Of a DNA stretch of 64,000 bases, positions 41,239 through 52,398 are shown one piece after another (positions within the stretch are counted from its first letter, which is position 1; the number at the start of each line of letters is the position of its first letter). The stretch is from an uncultured Polaromonas sp. Its GTDB lineage: Bacteria > Pseudomonadota > Gammaproteobacteria > Burkholderiales > Burkholderiaceae_C. The position numbers and the translations under genes are program-made. The stretch lies in contig CAZATV010000001.1 in assembly GCA_964488145.1 (NCBI GenBank), forward strand, positions 10,128 to 74,127, read 5' to 3'. The notes under the pieces were generated by a model that was not told the origin of the DNA, made no database searches, and saw only the letters and a program-made list of their open reading frames with translations.

Positions 41239-41243
41239 AGGCA

Positions 41244-42944
41244 CTATTTGAACTTGGGCAGATTAAATTGGGGGGGCACACCCATGCGCGTGTTGATGAC
41301 CCACTGCTGCGCAATCGACAAAATGTTGTTGGTAATCCAGTAAAGCACCAGGCCTGCAGGAAAGAAGAAGAACATCACGCTGAACATCAAGGGCATCAAC
41401 CACATCAGCTTGGCTTGCAGGGGATCCGGCGGCAAAGGATTTAGCGCCGTTTGCAACAGGGTGGTCAAGGTCATCACAATCGGCAGTATGAAATAGGGGT
41501 CCGGCGCTGAAAGATCAGTGATCCAGCCGATCCAGGGTGCATTACGCATCTCGACACTGGACAACAACACCCAGTAAAGAGCAATAAACACCGGGATCTG
41601 CACCATGATAGGGAAACACCCGCCCATGGGATTGACCTTCTCTTCCTTGTAGAGTTTCATCATGGCCATCTGCATTTCCTGAGGCTTGTCCTTCAGGCGC
41701 TCTCGCATTTCCATGATGCGAGGGTTGATGGCTTTCATCTTGGCCATGCTCTGATAGGCCTTGGCATTGAGCCAATAGAAGGCCAACTTGATCAGGAACA
41801 CCAACGCGACGATGGCCCAACCCCAGTTGCCAATGAAACGGTGAAGCTCATAGAGCAACCAGTACAGCGGCTTGGCCAGGATGGTGAACCAGCCATAGTC
41901 CTTAACCAACTCCAGTCCCGGCGCCAAGGCCTCCAATGCCTTTTCTTCCTGCGGACCGACGAACAGCCGCGACTCAAAGGATTGGCTGGCACCTGGGGCC
42001 AGCGTGGACAGAGGTGCAATCAGACCCACAGCATACAAATTGTTGTCTATCTTGCGCAGGAAAATATCGCGGCTCTGCCCGGCTGGAAGCAGCCAGGCGG
42101 AGGCAAAGTAATGCTGCACCATCGCGATGTAGCCGTTATCGGCCTGTTTTTCAGCCTCAAACTTGTTCTTCTCGATATCGCTGAACTCTATCTTCTGGAA
42201 TTTCTTAGCTTCGGTGTAAACGGCTGGGCCGGTAAAGGTGTAATAGAAAGCGGACTCACCAGCCGGCTTGTTGCCATCGCGAACCAACTGGAAGTAGAGC
42301 TGGGGATTGACTGGGGCTGCGCTCGTGTTGACCACTTCGTGCTTGACCGTCAGTACGTAGCTGCCGCGTTTTAGAAGGTAGGTCTTGATCAGTCTCATGC
42401 CCCCGATCTCTGGTGACTCAAAGCGCAGTTCAAGCTGATCCTGTCCAGGCTTGAGTTGTCGCTCACCAGGAGCGACGGACATTACCGTCTTATGGTTGGG
42501 CCAACCCCCGGGGGCTCCAATCAGCCCGGTGTGGGCCAGATAAACCCGATCTTTGCTCTCGTCAAACAAGACGAAATTGTTTCCCGGCGACTGCAGGTCC
42601 GCATATCTGGAGAAAACGGATCGCACCAAAGAGCCACCCTCGGCATCGAAGGTCAGGTCAAGTACGTCGGTTTTGACCTGGATCCTTTCGCGCTGTGGCG
42701 TGCCCGTGGTGGCCCCTGTGGGTGGTGCCACAGCAGGTGTGGCCGCAGAAACGGCCGCCGGCACTGCTGCCGCACTGACCGGGGCGCTGGTGCTCGCCGC
42801 CGGTGCTGCCGGCGCCGTTGCTGCGGGGGCCGGCTGAGGGAAAAACGTGGGCTTTCTTCCGTTGTGGATTTGCCACTGATCCCAAAGCAGAACCATGGAA
42901 AAACCAAAAATGACCCACAAGATGGTGCGACGAATTTCGTTCAT
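41244..42944 (-). CDS. yidC: Membrane protein insertase YidC
   Basis: [41 protein letters not shown]. Confidence 0.97.
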   Translation of the reverse strand: MNEIRRTILWVIFGFSMVLLWDQWQIHNGRKPTFFPQPAPAATAPAAPAASTSAPVSAAAVPAAVSAATPAVAPPTGATTGTPQRERIQVKTDVLDLTFDAEGGSLVRSVFSRYADLQSPGNNFVLFDESKDRVYLAHTGLIGAPGGWPNHKTVMSVAPGERQLKPGQDQLELRFESPEIGGMRLIKTYLLKRGSYVLTVKHEVVNTSAAPVNPQLYFQLVRDGNKPAGESAFYYTFTGPAVYTEAKKFQKIEFSDIEKNKFEAEKQADNGYIAMVQHYFASAWLLPAGQSRDIFLRKIDNNLYAVGLIAPLSTLAPGASQSFESRLFVGPQEEKALEALAPGLELVKDYGWFTILAKPLYWLLYELHRFIGNWGWAIVALVFLIKLAFYWLNAKAYQSMAKMKAINPRIMEMRERLKDKPQEMQMAMMKLYKEEKVNPMGGCFPIMVQIPVFIALYWVLLSSVEMRNAPWIGWITDLSAPDPYFILPIVMTLTTLLQTALNPLPPDPLQAKLMWLMPLMFSVMFFFFPAGLVLYWITNNILSIAQQWVINTRMGVPPQFNLPKFK

Positions 42945-43228
42945 GAAGACTGATCTGAGGAAGATGGGGTGCGCAAACGATCAAAAAGACGCGCAGGGAC
43001 GGGGTCATGGCCGCCATCACACCACGGGTGACAGCGCATCAGACGGCGTAAGGTTAGGTAGCTGCCCGCACCGGCTCCGTGTTGCTTCAGGGCTTGCAGG
43101 GCATACTGTGAGCAACTCGGTTCAAAACGGCAGGCGCTCCCGAGGGTAGGGCTGAGTAAAAGCCGGTAGAGCTTGATCCCCACGATCAAGACATCTCGCG
43201 GCAAGTGCCGTAGGCTCGAGAAGGTCAT
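42941..43228 (-). CDS. yidD: Membrane protein insertion efficiency factor YidD
   Basis: YRLLLSP, CRFEPSCSQY, RCHPWCDGGHDPVP. Confidence 0.95.
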   Translation of the reverse strand: MTFSSLRHLPRDVLIVGIKLYRLLLSPTLGSACRFEPSCSQYALQALKQHGAGAGSYLTLRRLMRCHPWCDGGHDPVPARLFDRLRTPSSSDQSS

Positions 43229-43692
43229 CAGGCCTGGGGCTCAAGCGATGAGAAGAGCGCCGACAATTGCCGCCGCACTTCTCCAGCCCAAGCTGGGGAA
43301 GTCGCTGCAATAAACGCCTGCTGCGGCCATGCCCTGCGCAAACGTAACAAGAAGATCGAGTCCTCCTGCCTTGGTAATGCCCTTTGCGCCATTGCCCGTG
43401 CCTGTCGCTTGATCATGTTGCGAGTGACCGCTCGTGATGCCCATCGTTTTGGAACGAGCACAGCAAACACTGGACCCATCGTTCTTTCCACGGAGAGTGG
43501 GAGCTGTGCGCAACCCTCCATGTTTTGAGCCTTTTTTTGTGCTGCGCCCTGCTGGGGACTCGCGGAAAGGAAAGGATCAGACTCTGGGAACCCTGATTTG
43601 AGTAAACGATGCAGGGCAAAATGCTCGCTTCTCGCAATCACTTGACTATTCAAGGCAGCCTCGAACTGCGCCCGGGATTTGAGCTTGCGCAA
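43228..43692 (-). CDS. rnpA: Ribonuclease P protein component
   Basis: LKSRAQF, VPKRWA.RAVTRN.IKR (RNR-like motif); between rpmH and yidD; TTG start assumed. Confidence 0.85.
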   Translation of the reverse strand: MRKLKSRAQFEAALNSQVIARSEHFALHRLLKSGFPESDPFLSASPQQGAAQKKAQNMEGCAQLPLSVERTMGPVFAVLVPKRWASRAVTRNMIKRQARAMAQRALPRQEDSIFLLRLRRAWPQQAFIAATSPAWAGEVRRQLSALFSSLEPQA

Positions 43693-43718
43693 AACCAGGT
43701 CCGCCAGGCTGAACCGTC

Positions 43719-43853
43719 TTAAACAGCCAGGCGCTTGCGACCTTTGGCTCGGCGGGCATTGATGACCGCCCGACCGCCGCGAGTCCGCATGCGGGCCAGA
43801 AAACCGTGGGTACGGGCGCGTTTGACTTTCGACGGTTGGTACGTGCGTTTCAT
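43719..43853 (-). CDS. rpmH: 50S ribosomal protein L34
   Basis: [44 protein letters not shown]. Confidence 0.98.
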   Translation of the reverse strand: MKRTYQPSKVKRARTHGFLARMRTRGGRAVINARRAKGRKRLAV

Positions 43854-44036
43854 GATCAATCCTTGGGGGAAAACGTCTGTTCTGGTCCGGCCGTATGCCG
43901 GAAGCAGAGAAACCCGCAATTATCACCGATCCAGTCAACGCTGATCAAATGGCCCTCCGGCGCACCCGAATCCGAGCCCTGCCGCAGCCGGCGGAGCGCA
44001 AAGCGCGCAAGCTCAATTTACGCGGGCTGTCAAGAT

Positions 44037-44095
44037 TGTGGATAAGTCCCTCATCAGGCTAGAATCAGCCGCCTCACAAGATCCCGATATCCACA
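44037..44095. promoter_or_regulatory. dnaA promoter region with DnaA boxes
   Basis: TGTGGATAA 44037-45 (perfect box), ATATCCACA 44087-95, -10-like TAGAAT 44060-65. Confidence 0.8.
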
Positions 44096-44141
44096 AGAAG
44101 CTGGCGCGCCCTGTGCGCCGTATCACACTGGCAAGACCCTG

Positions 44142-45527
44142 ATGCAAGAGGCCTTTGATCCCCCCCTGGCTCCCGAACTCTGGACCCTTTGCCTTGAACA
44201 ATTGGCCCAGGATATACCCGAACAACAGTTCAATACCTGGATCAGACCCCTGGTTCCGCAGTTCCAGGATGATGTCAACAAACTCACGCTTTGGGTGGCC
44301 AATCGCTTCAAGCTGGATTGGATCCGGGCCCAGTACAGTCAGCAGATCCATGGCCTGCTGACCCGCCTCTCTGGGCGAGAGATGGTCTTAGAGTTAGCGA
44401 TCACTCCTAAAAGAGAGCCCGGTAAGCATAGCCCCATCAATCAGGACTTGACCCGACTGGTTGAGCCCTTGCGGCTGCCGCCCGCTGACGAAGCTGAAGC
44501 TGGATTCAAGACCCGACTTAACGCCGCTTTAACCTTTGACACCTTGATTGAGGGCTCTGCCAACCGCATGGGTCGGGCAGCAGCGATGCATGTCGCGAGT
44601 AGCCTGGGGCAGCTCTACAACCCCTTGTTTGTTTATGGCGGAGTTGGTCTAGGCAAAACCCATCTGGTCCATGCGATCGGTAATAAGTTACTAGCCGACC
44701 AGCCTAATTCCAAAGTTCTCTACATCCACGCAGAGCAGTTCGTCTCAGATGTGGTTAAGGCCTACCAGCGCAAGACTTTTGACGAGTTCAAGCAGCGTTA
44801 TCACTCCTTGGATCTGTTGCTGATTGATGATGTGCAGTTTTTTGCCAACAAAGACCGAACCCAAGAAGAGTTCTTCAATGCCTTCGAGGCCCTGCTGGCC
44901 AAAAAGTCTCACATTGTGATGACCAGCGACACCTACCCGAAGGGTTTGACTGATATCCATGAGCGCCTGGTATCACGTTTTGATTCGGGCCTAACGGTGG
45001 CCATCGAGCCCCCAGAACTTGAAATGCGAGTGGCCATTCTGATCCGCAAGGCTGAGCTCGAAGGTGCCCACATGCCCGAAGAAGTAGCCTTCTTTGTGGC
45101 CAAGAATGTACGTTCCAACGTGCGCGAGTTGGAAGGTGCATTGCGCAAGATTTTGGCTTACTCTCGATTCAATCAGAAGGATATTTCGATCCAGCTTGCA
45201 AGAGAGGCGCTCCGAGACCTTCTATCGATCCAGAACCGGCAGATTTCGGTTGAAAACATCCAAAAAACTGTGGCCGACTTCTACAAGATCAAGGTGGCCG
45301 ATATGTACTCCAAAAAGCGCCCAGCCAGCATCGCCAAACCCAGGCAGATCGCGATGTATCTGGCCAAGGAGTTGACCCAGAAAAGCCTACCGGAGATCGG
45401 CGAGCTTTTTGGGGGTCGCGATCACACCACCGTGCTCCATGCGGTACGAAAGATAGGCGCTGAACGGCAGCAAATTGCTGAACTCAATCAACAGCTTCAT
45501 GTGCTTGAGCAAACGCTCAAAGGGTGA
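44142..45527 (+). CDS. dnaA: Chromosomal replication initiator DnaA
   Basis: [52 protein letters not shown]. Confidence 0.99.
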   Translation: MQEAFDPPLAPELWTLCLEQLAQDIPEQQFNTWIRPLVPQFQDDVNKLTLWVANRFKLDWIRAQYSQQIHGLLTRLSGREMVLELAITPKREPGKHSPINQDLTRLVEPLRLPPADEAEAGFKTRLNAALTFDTLIEGSANRMGRAAAMHVASSLGQLYNPLFVYGGVGLGKTHLVHAIGNKLLADQPNSKVLYIHAEQFVSDVVKAYQRKTFDEFKQRYHSLDLLLIDDVQFFANKDRTQEEFFNAFEALLAKKSHIVMTSDTYPKGLTDIHERLVSRFDSGLTVAIEPPELEMRVAILIRKAELEGAHMPEEVAFFVAKNVRSNVRELEGALRKILAYSRFNQKDISIQLAREALRDLLSIQNRQISVENIQKTVADFYKIKVADMYSKKRPASIAKPRQIAMYLAKELTQKSLPEIGELFGGRDHTTVLHAVRKIGAERQQIAELNQQLHVLEQTLKG

Positions 45528-45798
45528 CTTTGATGGACTCCTGCTTTGAAACGGGGCTTATCGATAAGTCTGGGGACAAGTTTTGAACAAGCCCCTTCTT
45601 ATCCACAGAATAGGGCAAATGAAGGGTCTTATCCCCACCGGGGCAGACCGCACGACACAGCCCATCACCAGACATTCCAAGATAGGAAGTACTTGATTAA
45701 AAAAGCGAAAATAGGGGTATCCACAAAGAAAGCGATCCTCTACTACGACTACTATTCATTAAATGAAGACATAAAGAAGAGAAGAAAGACAAGACCCC
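45528..45798. other. Replication origin oriC (DnaA boxes, DnaA-trios, AT-rich segment)
   Basis: TGGGGACAA 45571-79, TTATCCACA 45599-607, TTATCCCCA 45629-37, GTATCCACA 45717-25, trio array TACTACGACTACTAT 45741-55, then AT-rich. The + strand looks C-rich to the left and G/T-rich to the right (qualitative skew). Confidence 0.9.
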
Positions 45799-46908
45799 AT
45801 GATCGTCCTTAAAGCCCAGCAGGAACAAGTCCTGGCTGCCTTGCAGTCAGTGGCTGGCATTGTCGAAAGACGTCACACCTTGCCAATCCTGGCCAATGTG
45901 CTGATTCGCAAGAATGCCGAACAAATTGAATTGACAACCAGCGATCTGGAAATCCAGATTCGTACAAGCGGCCAGCTCGGTGGTGATGGTGGTCAATTCA
46001 CCACAACCGTGGGCGCTCGCAAGTTGATCGACATCTTGCGTTCCATGCCCGCTGATCAGGTCGTGTCTTTGGAATCACAACAAAACAAGCTGGTACTCAA
46101 AGGGGGAAAGAGCAAGTTCACTTTGCAGACTCTCCCGGCGGAAGACTTTCCCCTGGTGCAGGAATCAGCTCAGTTCGGACCTGTTTTCTCGGTTCCCCAA
46201 AAAACGCTTAAAGGCTTACTGGCGCAGGTTTCCTTTGCCATGGCTGTTCACGACATCCGTTACTACCTCAACGGCATTTTGTTCGTGGCCGAGGGCAAGC
46301 AACTCAGTCTGGTGGCCACCGATGGTCACCGCCTGGCTTTCTCATCGGCCGATCTGGATGTGGATGTGCAGCAGCGTCAGGAAGTGATCTTGCCGCGCAA
46401 GACGGTTTTGGAACTGCAGCGTCTCCTCAGTGATCAAGAGGGGGCGATCGAGATGCAATTCGCTGGTAATCAAGCCAAGTTCAAATTTGGTGGCATGGAG
46501 TTTGTCACCAAGCTGGTTGAGGGTAAGTTTCCCGATTACAACCGGGTCATCCCGAAGAACCACAAGAACATCATTGTTCTCGGTCGTCAGCCCTTGTTGG
46601 CCAGCCTGCAAAGGACGGCCATCTTGACCAGTGAAAAGTTCAAAGGTGTGCGGCTCAATGTGGATCCTGGTTGCCTGCGCGTAGCCACCAACAATGCAGA
46701 GCAGGAAGAAGCCATCGACGAGTTGGACATTGATTACAGCGGGGACAGCATAGAAATCGGCTTTAATGTCACGTACCTGATTGATGTGCTCACCAACATG
46801 ACCCAGGACATGGTGAAGATTGAACTGGCGGACTCTAACAATTCTGCTTTGCTCACCATTCCCGATGACAGGAACTTTAAGTACGTCGTCATGCCCATGC
46901 GGATATGA
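45799..46908 (+). CDS. dnaN: DNA polymerase III beta clamp
   Basis: RRHTLPILANV, DIRYYLNG, VATDGHRL, GKFPDY.RVIP, YVVMPMRI. Confidence 0.99.
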   Translation: MIVLKAQQEQVLAALQSVAGIVERRHTLPILANVLIRKNAEQIELTTSDLEIQIRTSGQLGGDGGQFTTTVGARKLIDILRSMPADQVVSLESQQNKLVLKGGKSKFTLQTLPAEDFPLVQESAQFGPVFSVPQKTLKGLLAQVSFAMAVHDIRYYLNGILFVAEGKQLSLVATDGHRLAFSSADLDVDVQQRQEVILPRKTVLELQRLLSDQEGAIEMQFAGNQAKFKFGGMEFVTKLVEGKFPDYNRVIPKNHKNIIVLGRQPLLASLQRTAILTSEKFKGVRLNVDPGCLRVATNNAEQEEAIDELDIDYSGDSIEIGFNVTYLIDVLTNMTQDMVKIELADSNNSALLTIPDDRNFKYVVMPMRI

Positions 46909-46939
46909 CGCTTGCGCTGGGGGTAGACCCAGGTCCTGG

Positions 46940-46970
46940 CCCGCGCCCTGGCGCGGGTTTGTTCGTTTTT
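46940..46970 (+). terminator. Terminator-like hairpin between dnaN and gyrB
   Basis: CCCGCGC-CCTG-GCGCGGG then TTTGTTCGTTTTT. Confidence 0.6.
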
Positions 46971-46972
46971 AA

Positions 46973-49561
<2,589 letters not shown>

Positions 49562-49686
49562 GGCAGCCTGCCGACAATAGCAGGCGAACCTTTGATCAAG
49601 CGCTGACGCCAAGCGGAAAACGCTTTTGTCCGACATCGCAGAATGATTCACCTGGGCAAAATCTCTGCAGAGGCTGGAGGTGGTCC

Positions 49687-49926
49687 ATGAGTGAAGACAG
49701 AAGCACGAAACGCAAGCCCAAGCAGCCCGGTGCGGGTGGCAAGGTGGCCAACGACGTCAACAAGGCTGGCATTAAGGGCTCGTCGCAGATCAATCAAGGC
49801 AGACGGACGCCCATGAGTCGATCAGATCGATTGGCGCTGCGTGGCGCTGACAATCAATCGCACAGCCGCCGAAGCAAAGCACGCCCACCGAGCGACCTGA
49901 AGTCTCCAAGACCTCCGGCCGGTTAA
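49687..49926 (+). CDS. Small basic, low-complexity hypothetical protein (79 aa)
   Basis: Strong SD GGAGGT 49676-81, 5 nt before the ATG; K/R/S/G/P-rich. Confidence 0.6.
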   Translation: MSEDRSTKRKPKQPGAGGKVANDVNKAGIKGSSQINQGRRTPMSRSDRLALRGADNQSHSRRSKARPPSDLKSPRPPAG

Positions 49927-49931
49927 AGCCC

Positions 49932-50702
49932 TCACCAGAAGATCTCGGCTGCCAGGGGCGCGTGATCTGACAAGTGGGCCCACGGTTTGCGAGGCAAAGG
50001 CAAAGGGCGGTGGGCGCGGGCGTGGGCGACATAGATCCGGTCGAGCCCCAATAAAGGCAGCCGCGCCGGAAAAGTGCGGGCCGTGCGGCCGTGCGCTTGT
50101 AAATAGACTTCTTGAAGGCCCGCCCCTTGTTCAAGTTGCACATGGGCACGTCGGCGCCAGTCGTTGAAATCTCCAGCCACCACGACGCGAGCCCGCGAGG
50201 GCATGTCCTCGCGCACCAGGTGACACAGCATTTGCATTTGCCGGCGCCGGTGAGACTCCAGCAGGCTCAGATGCACACAAACCGCGTGTAGGGGCCCATC
50301 GGGCAGGTGAATTACGCAATGCAAAAGACCGCGTCGTTCAGGTCCAGAGATGGAAACATCGCGGTTTTCAACATGAGAAATCGGGAACTTCGACAACACC
50401 GCATTGCCGTGGTGGCCTTCGGCATAGACTGCATTGCGGCCATAGGCGTATTGCGGCCAGATGCTGTCAGCCAAAAACTCGTAGTGCGGCGCGGATGGGT
50501 AATTGCTGTAGCGTTCCGGGTGTGTGTTGTGACTGCCGCTGACCTCCTGCAGAAAAACCAGATCCGCCCCTACGCCTCGGACCGCTTCGCGGAGTTCATG
50601 CAGCATGACCTTGCGACGCAGGGCAGTAAACCCCTTGTGGATATTGACGGTCAGCACCTTGATGGGCCGGTTGTTCAAAGCGTCAGCAGCGGTTGATGTC
50701 AT
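49932..50702 (-). CDS. Endonuclease/exonuclease/phosphatase family protein (YbhP-like)
   Basis: TVNIHKG, DLVFLQEV, HHGNAVLS, AGDFNDW, LDRIY, LSDHAPL. Confidence 0.9.
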   Translation of the reverse strand: MTSTAADALNNRPIKVLTVNIHKGFTALRRKVMLHELREAVRGVGADLVFLQEVSGSHNTHPERYSNYPSAPHYEFLADSIWPQYAYGRNAVYAEGHHGNAVLSKFPISHVENRDVSISGPERRGLLHCVIHLPDGPLHAVCVHLSLLESHRRRQMQMLCHLVREDMPSRARVVVAGDFNDWRRRAHVQLEQGAGLQEVYLQAHGRTARTFPARLPLLGLDRIYVAHARAHRPLPLPRKPWAHLSDHAPLAAEIFW

Positions 50703-50840
50703 GGCGTTGCATTGGGATGGGTTCGGCAGAGGCATCTGCAAGATCAGCTCTCGTAGCGCAGGAACACCCGCTGAGCCTGGCGACGGCGTCGGCCGTATGG
50801 ACCGGCCTGTTTTTATACTGCAGCGGTTCAAGGAGTCGGG

Positions 50841-51428
50841 ATGATGCTGGAATTTGCTCTAGGGTTGGCTTTGTTCTTGGGAATGCACTCGGTACGGATC
50901 TTCGCAGAGAGATGGAGAACGACAACGATTCAGAGGTGGGGTCCGCTGCCTTGGAAAGGCTTCTATGCGGTCGTTTCCTTGCTGGGTTTGTACCTGCTGA
51001 TTCGTGGGTGGGGTCAGTTGCGTTTAGAGCCCGTGGTGTTGTGGACGACTCCCGTCGCCCTCAAGCATGCCGCCTCATGGTTCACCTTGGCGGCCTTTGT
51101 ACTTTTCGTAGCTGCGTATGTGCCGGGCAATCAGCTCAAGGCGCGCCTGCATCACCCGATGGTTTTGGGAACCAAGGCCTGGGCATTGGGCCATTTGCTG
51201 GCCAACAATACCTTGGCGGATCTTTTGCTGTTTGGCGCTTTTTTGGCTTGGTCGGTTTGGCTGTTCATCGCCTCGCGTCGGCGCGATCGCCGCGATCAGA
51301 TCAGCTACGCGCCGGGCCGGCTAGGCCCCACGGTTTTATCTCTTGGGCTGGGCCTGGTGACCTGGGCCGCCTTCGCCTTTTGGCTGCATGCAGCGTTGTT
51401 AGGGGTGCGACCCTTTGGCGGGGCTTGA
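50841..51428 (+). CDS. nnrU: NnrU family membrane protein
   Basis: LFLGMHS, WKGFY..VSL.G, HHPMVLG.K.WA.GHLLAN, LLFGAFLAW. Confidence 0.88.
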   Translation: MMLEFALGLALFLGMHSVRIFAERWRTTTIQRWGPLPWKGFYAVVSLLGLYLLIRGWGQLRLEPVVLWTTPVALKHAASWFTLAAFVLFVAAYVPGNQLKARLHHPMVLGTKAWALGHLLANNTLADLLLFGAFLAWSVWLFIASRRRDRRDQISYAPGRLGPTVLSLGLGLVTWAAFAFWLHAALLGVRPFGGA

Positions 51429-51959
51429 TCAGCCGTGACCGTGTCGGCCTCCGTGAGGCCTCGGACCCTGTCCGCCGCGATGTTGCATCAGCCGGGCGGT
51501 TTCCTCGTCAAACACCTTCTTCTGTTGAGGACTCAGGCTGGCGTAGAAGGCTTTTGCAGCTTCGCCGCGGCGGTCCGCCCACGCATTCATTTCTGCCTGA
51601 CGCTGTTGCCGCAAGGCTTTGAGGCGGTCGATGCGCTCGGGTGTGTTTAGCTGGGCCAATTCGGCCCTTTGGGCTTGTCGCTCACCCGGGCCTGCCCGGT
51701 CAGGAGGAGGTGTCATGGTCCCAGCAAATGTCGCCCAACGGCCCTCTTGTTCAGTGCTGAGCTGAAGTTTGGACTTGAGCTCCTGTAGATGTCTTTCGTG
51801 CCCAGCCTTTATGCGCGCCATGGCGTGGGGTTGACGCATACCCGCCGCGTTATCGGCGCTGGTGGCCAGGGGTTGAGCCCAAAGGCTGAGGCAGGCAGAG
51901 CCCAGCAAGGCGGCAGCGACCCAGCGCTTGGGATGATGGTGGATGGGGTGTGTCTTCAT
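51429..51959 (-). CDS. Spy/CpxP-like (LTXXQ motif) periplasmic protein
   Basis: Signal peptide; LQLSTEQ..W and FYASLSPQQKKVFD; His-rich ends. Confidence 0.8.
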   Translation of the reverse strand: MKTHPIHHHPKRWVAAALLGSACLSLWAQPLATSADNAAGMRQPHAMARIKAGHERHLQELKSKLQLSTEQEGRWATFAGTMTPPPDRAGPGERQAQRAELAQLNTPERIDRLKALRQQRQAEMNAWADRRGEAAKAFYASLSPQQKKVFDEETARLMQHRGGQGPRPHGGRHGHG

Positions 51960-52086
51960 TTCAAGAGTCCTTTCTGTGGTCTTTATCGTCCGTTGTCCGG
52001 TGCAGAAAGTGTCCCAGCCAGATGTGTCTGGCGCATGCTACGGCAGTTAGGTTTTGTAAAGGTCGCGCAAAGATCGGGCGCAAAAG

Positions 52087-52281
52087 CTAGTGCACTTGAT
52101 AACCCTCGGCCGCTATGGTCTGCGCCAGAACGTCTCGGCTCAGCGTGCTCTCAACGGATACCTGTTGAAGGGCTCGATCGATCTTCACGCGCGCCTCGGG
52201 GTCGAGGCTTTGAAGCGCTTGGGTGATGGCGCGCTCACAGTGACCACAACTCATCCCTGAGACGATGAAGACTTGTTCCAT
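52087..52281 (-). CDS. copZ: Copper chaperone (HMA domain)
   Basis: VSGMSCGHC, C-terminal I..EGY; SD GGAG upstream. Confidence 0.9.
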   Translation of the reverse strand: MEQVFIVSGMSCGHCERAITQALQSLDPEARVKIDRALQQVSVESTLSRDVLAQTIAAEGYQVH

Positions 52282-52322
52282 GGGGTGCTCCTGTTCAATC
52301 AAATGGCTTTGTCTGGGGTTTA

Positions 52323-52336
52323 TTGATGCGCATCAA
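52323..52336. promoter_or_regulatory. FNR/CRP-family consensus box between copZ and copA
   Basis: TTGAT-GCGC-ATCAA inside a perfect 16-bp palindrome, 52322-37. Confidence 0.75.
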
Positions 52337-52398
52337 TCTTTGTTCATCCCGAGCCCCTCAGCAGGGCGGGATGATCTCCCAAAGATTATGCTGCGAGC

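Noticed and set aside
43228-43938. 236-aa ORF suggesting an rpmH-rnpA fusion
   Set aside because: rpmH is in a different frame with its own stop at 43719; the upstream part of this ORF is a chance open frame.
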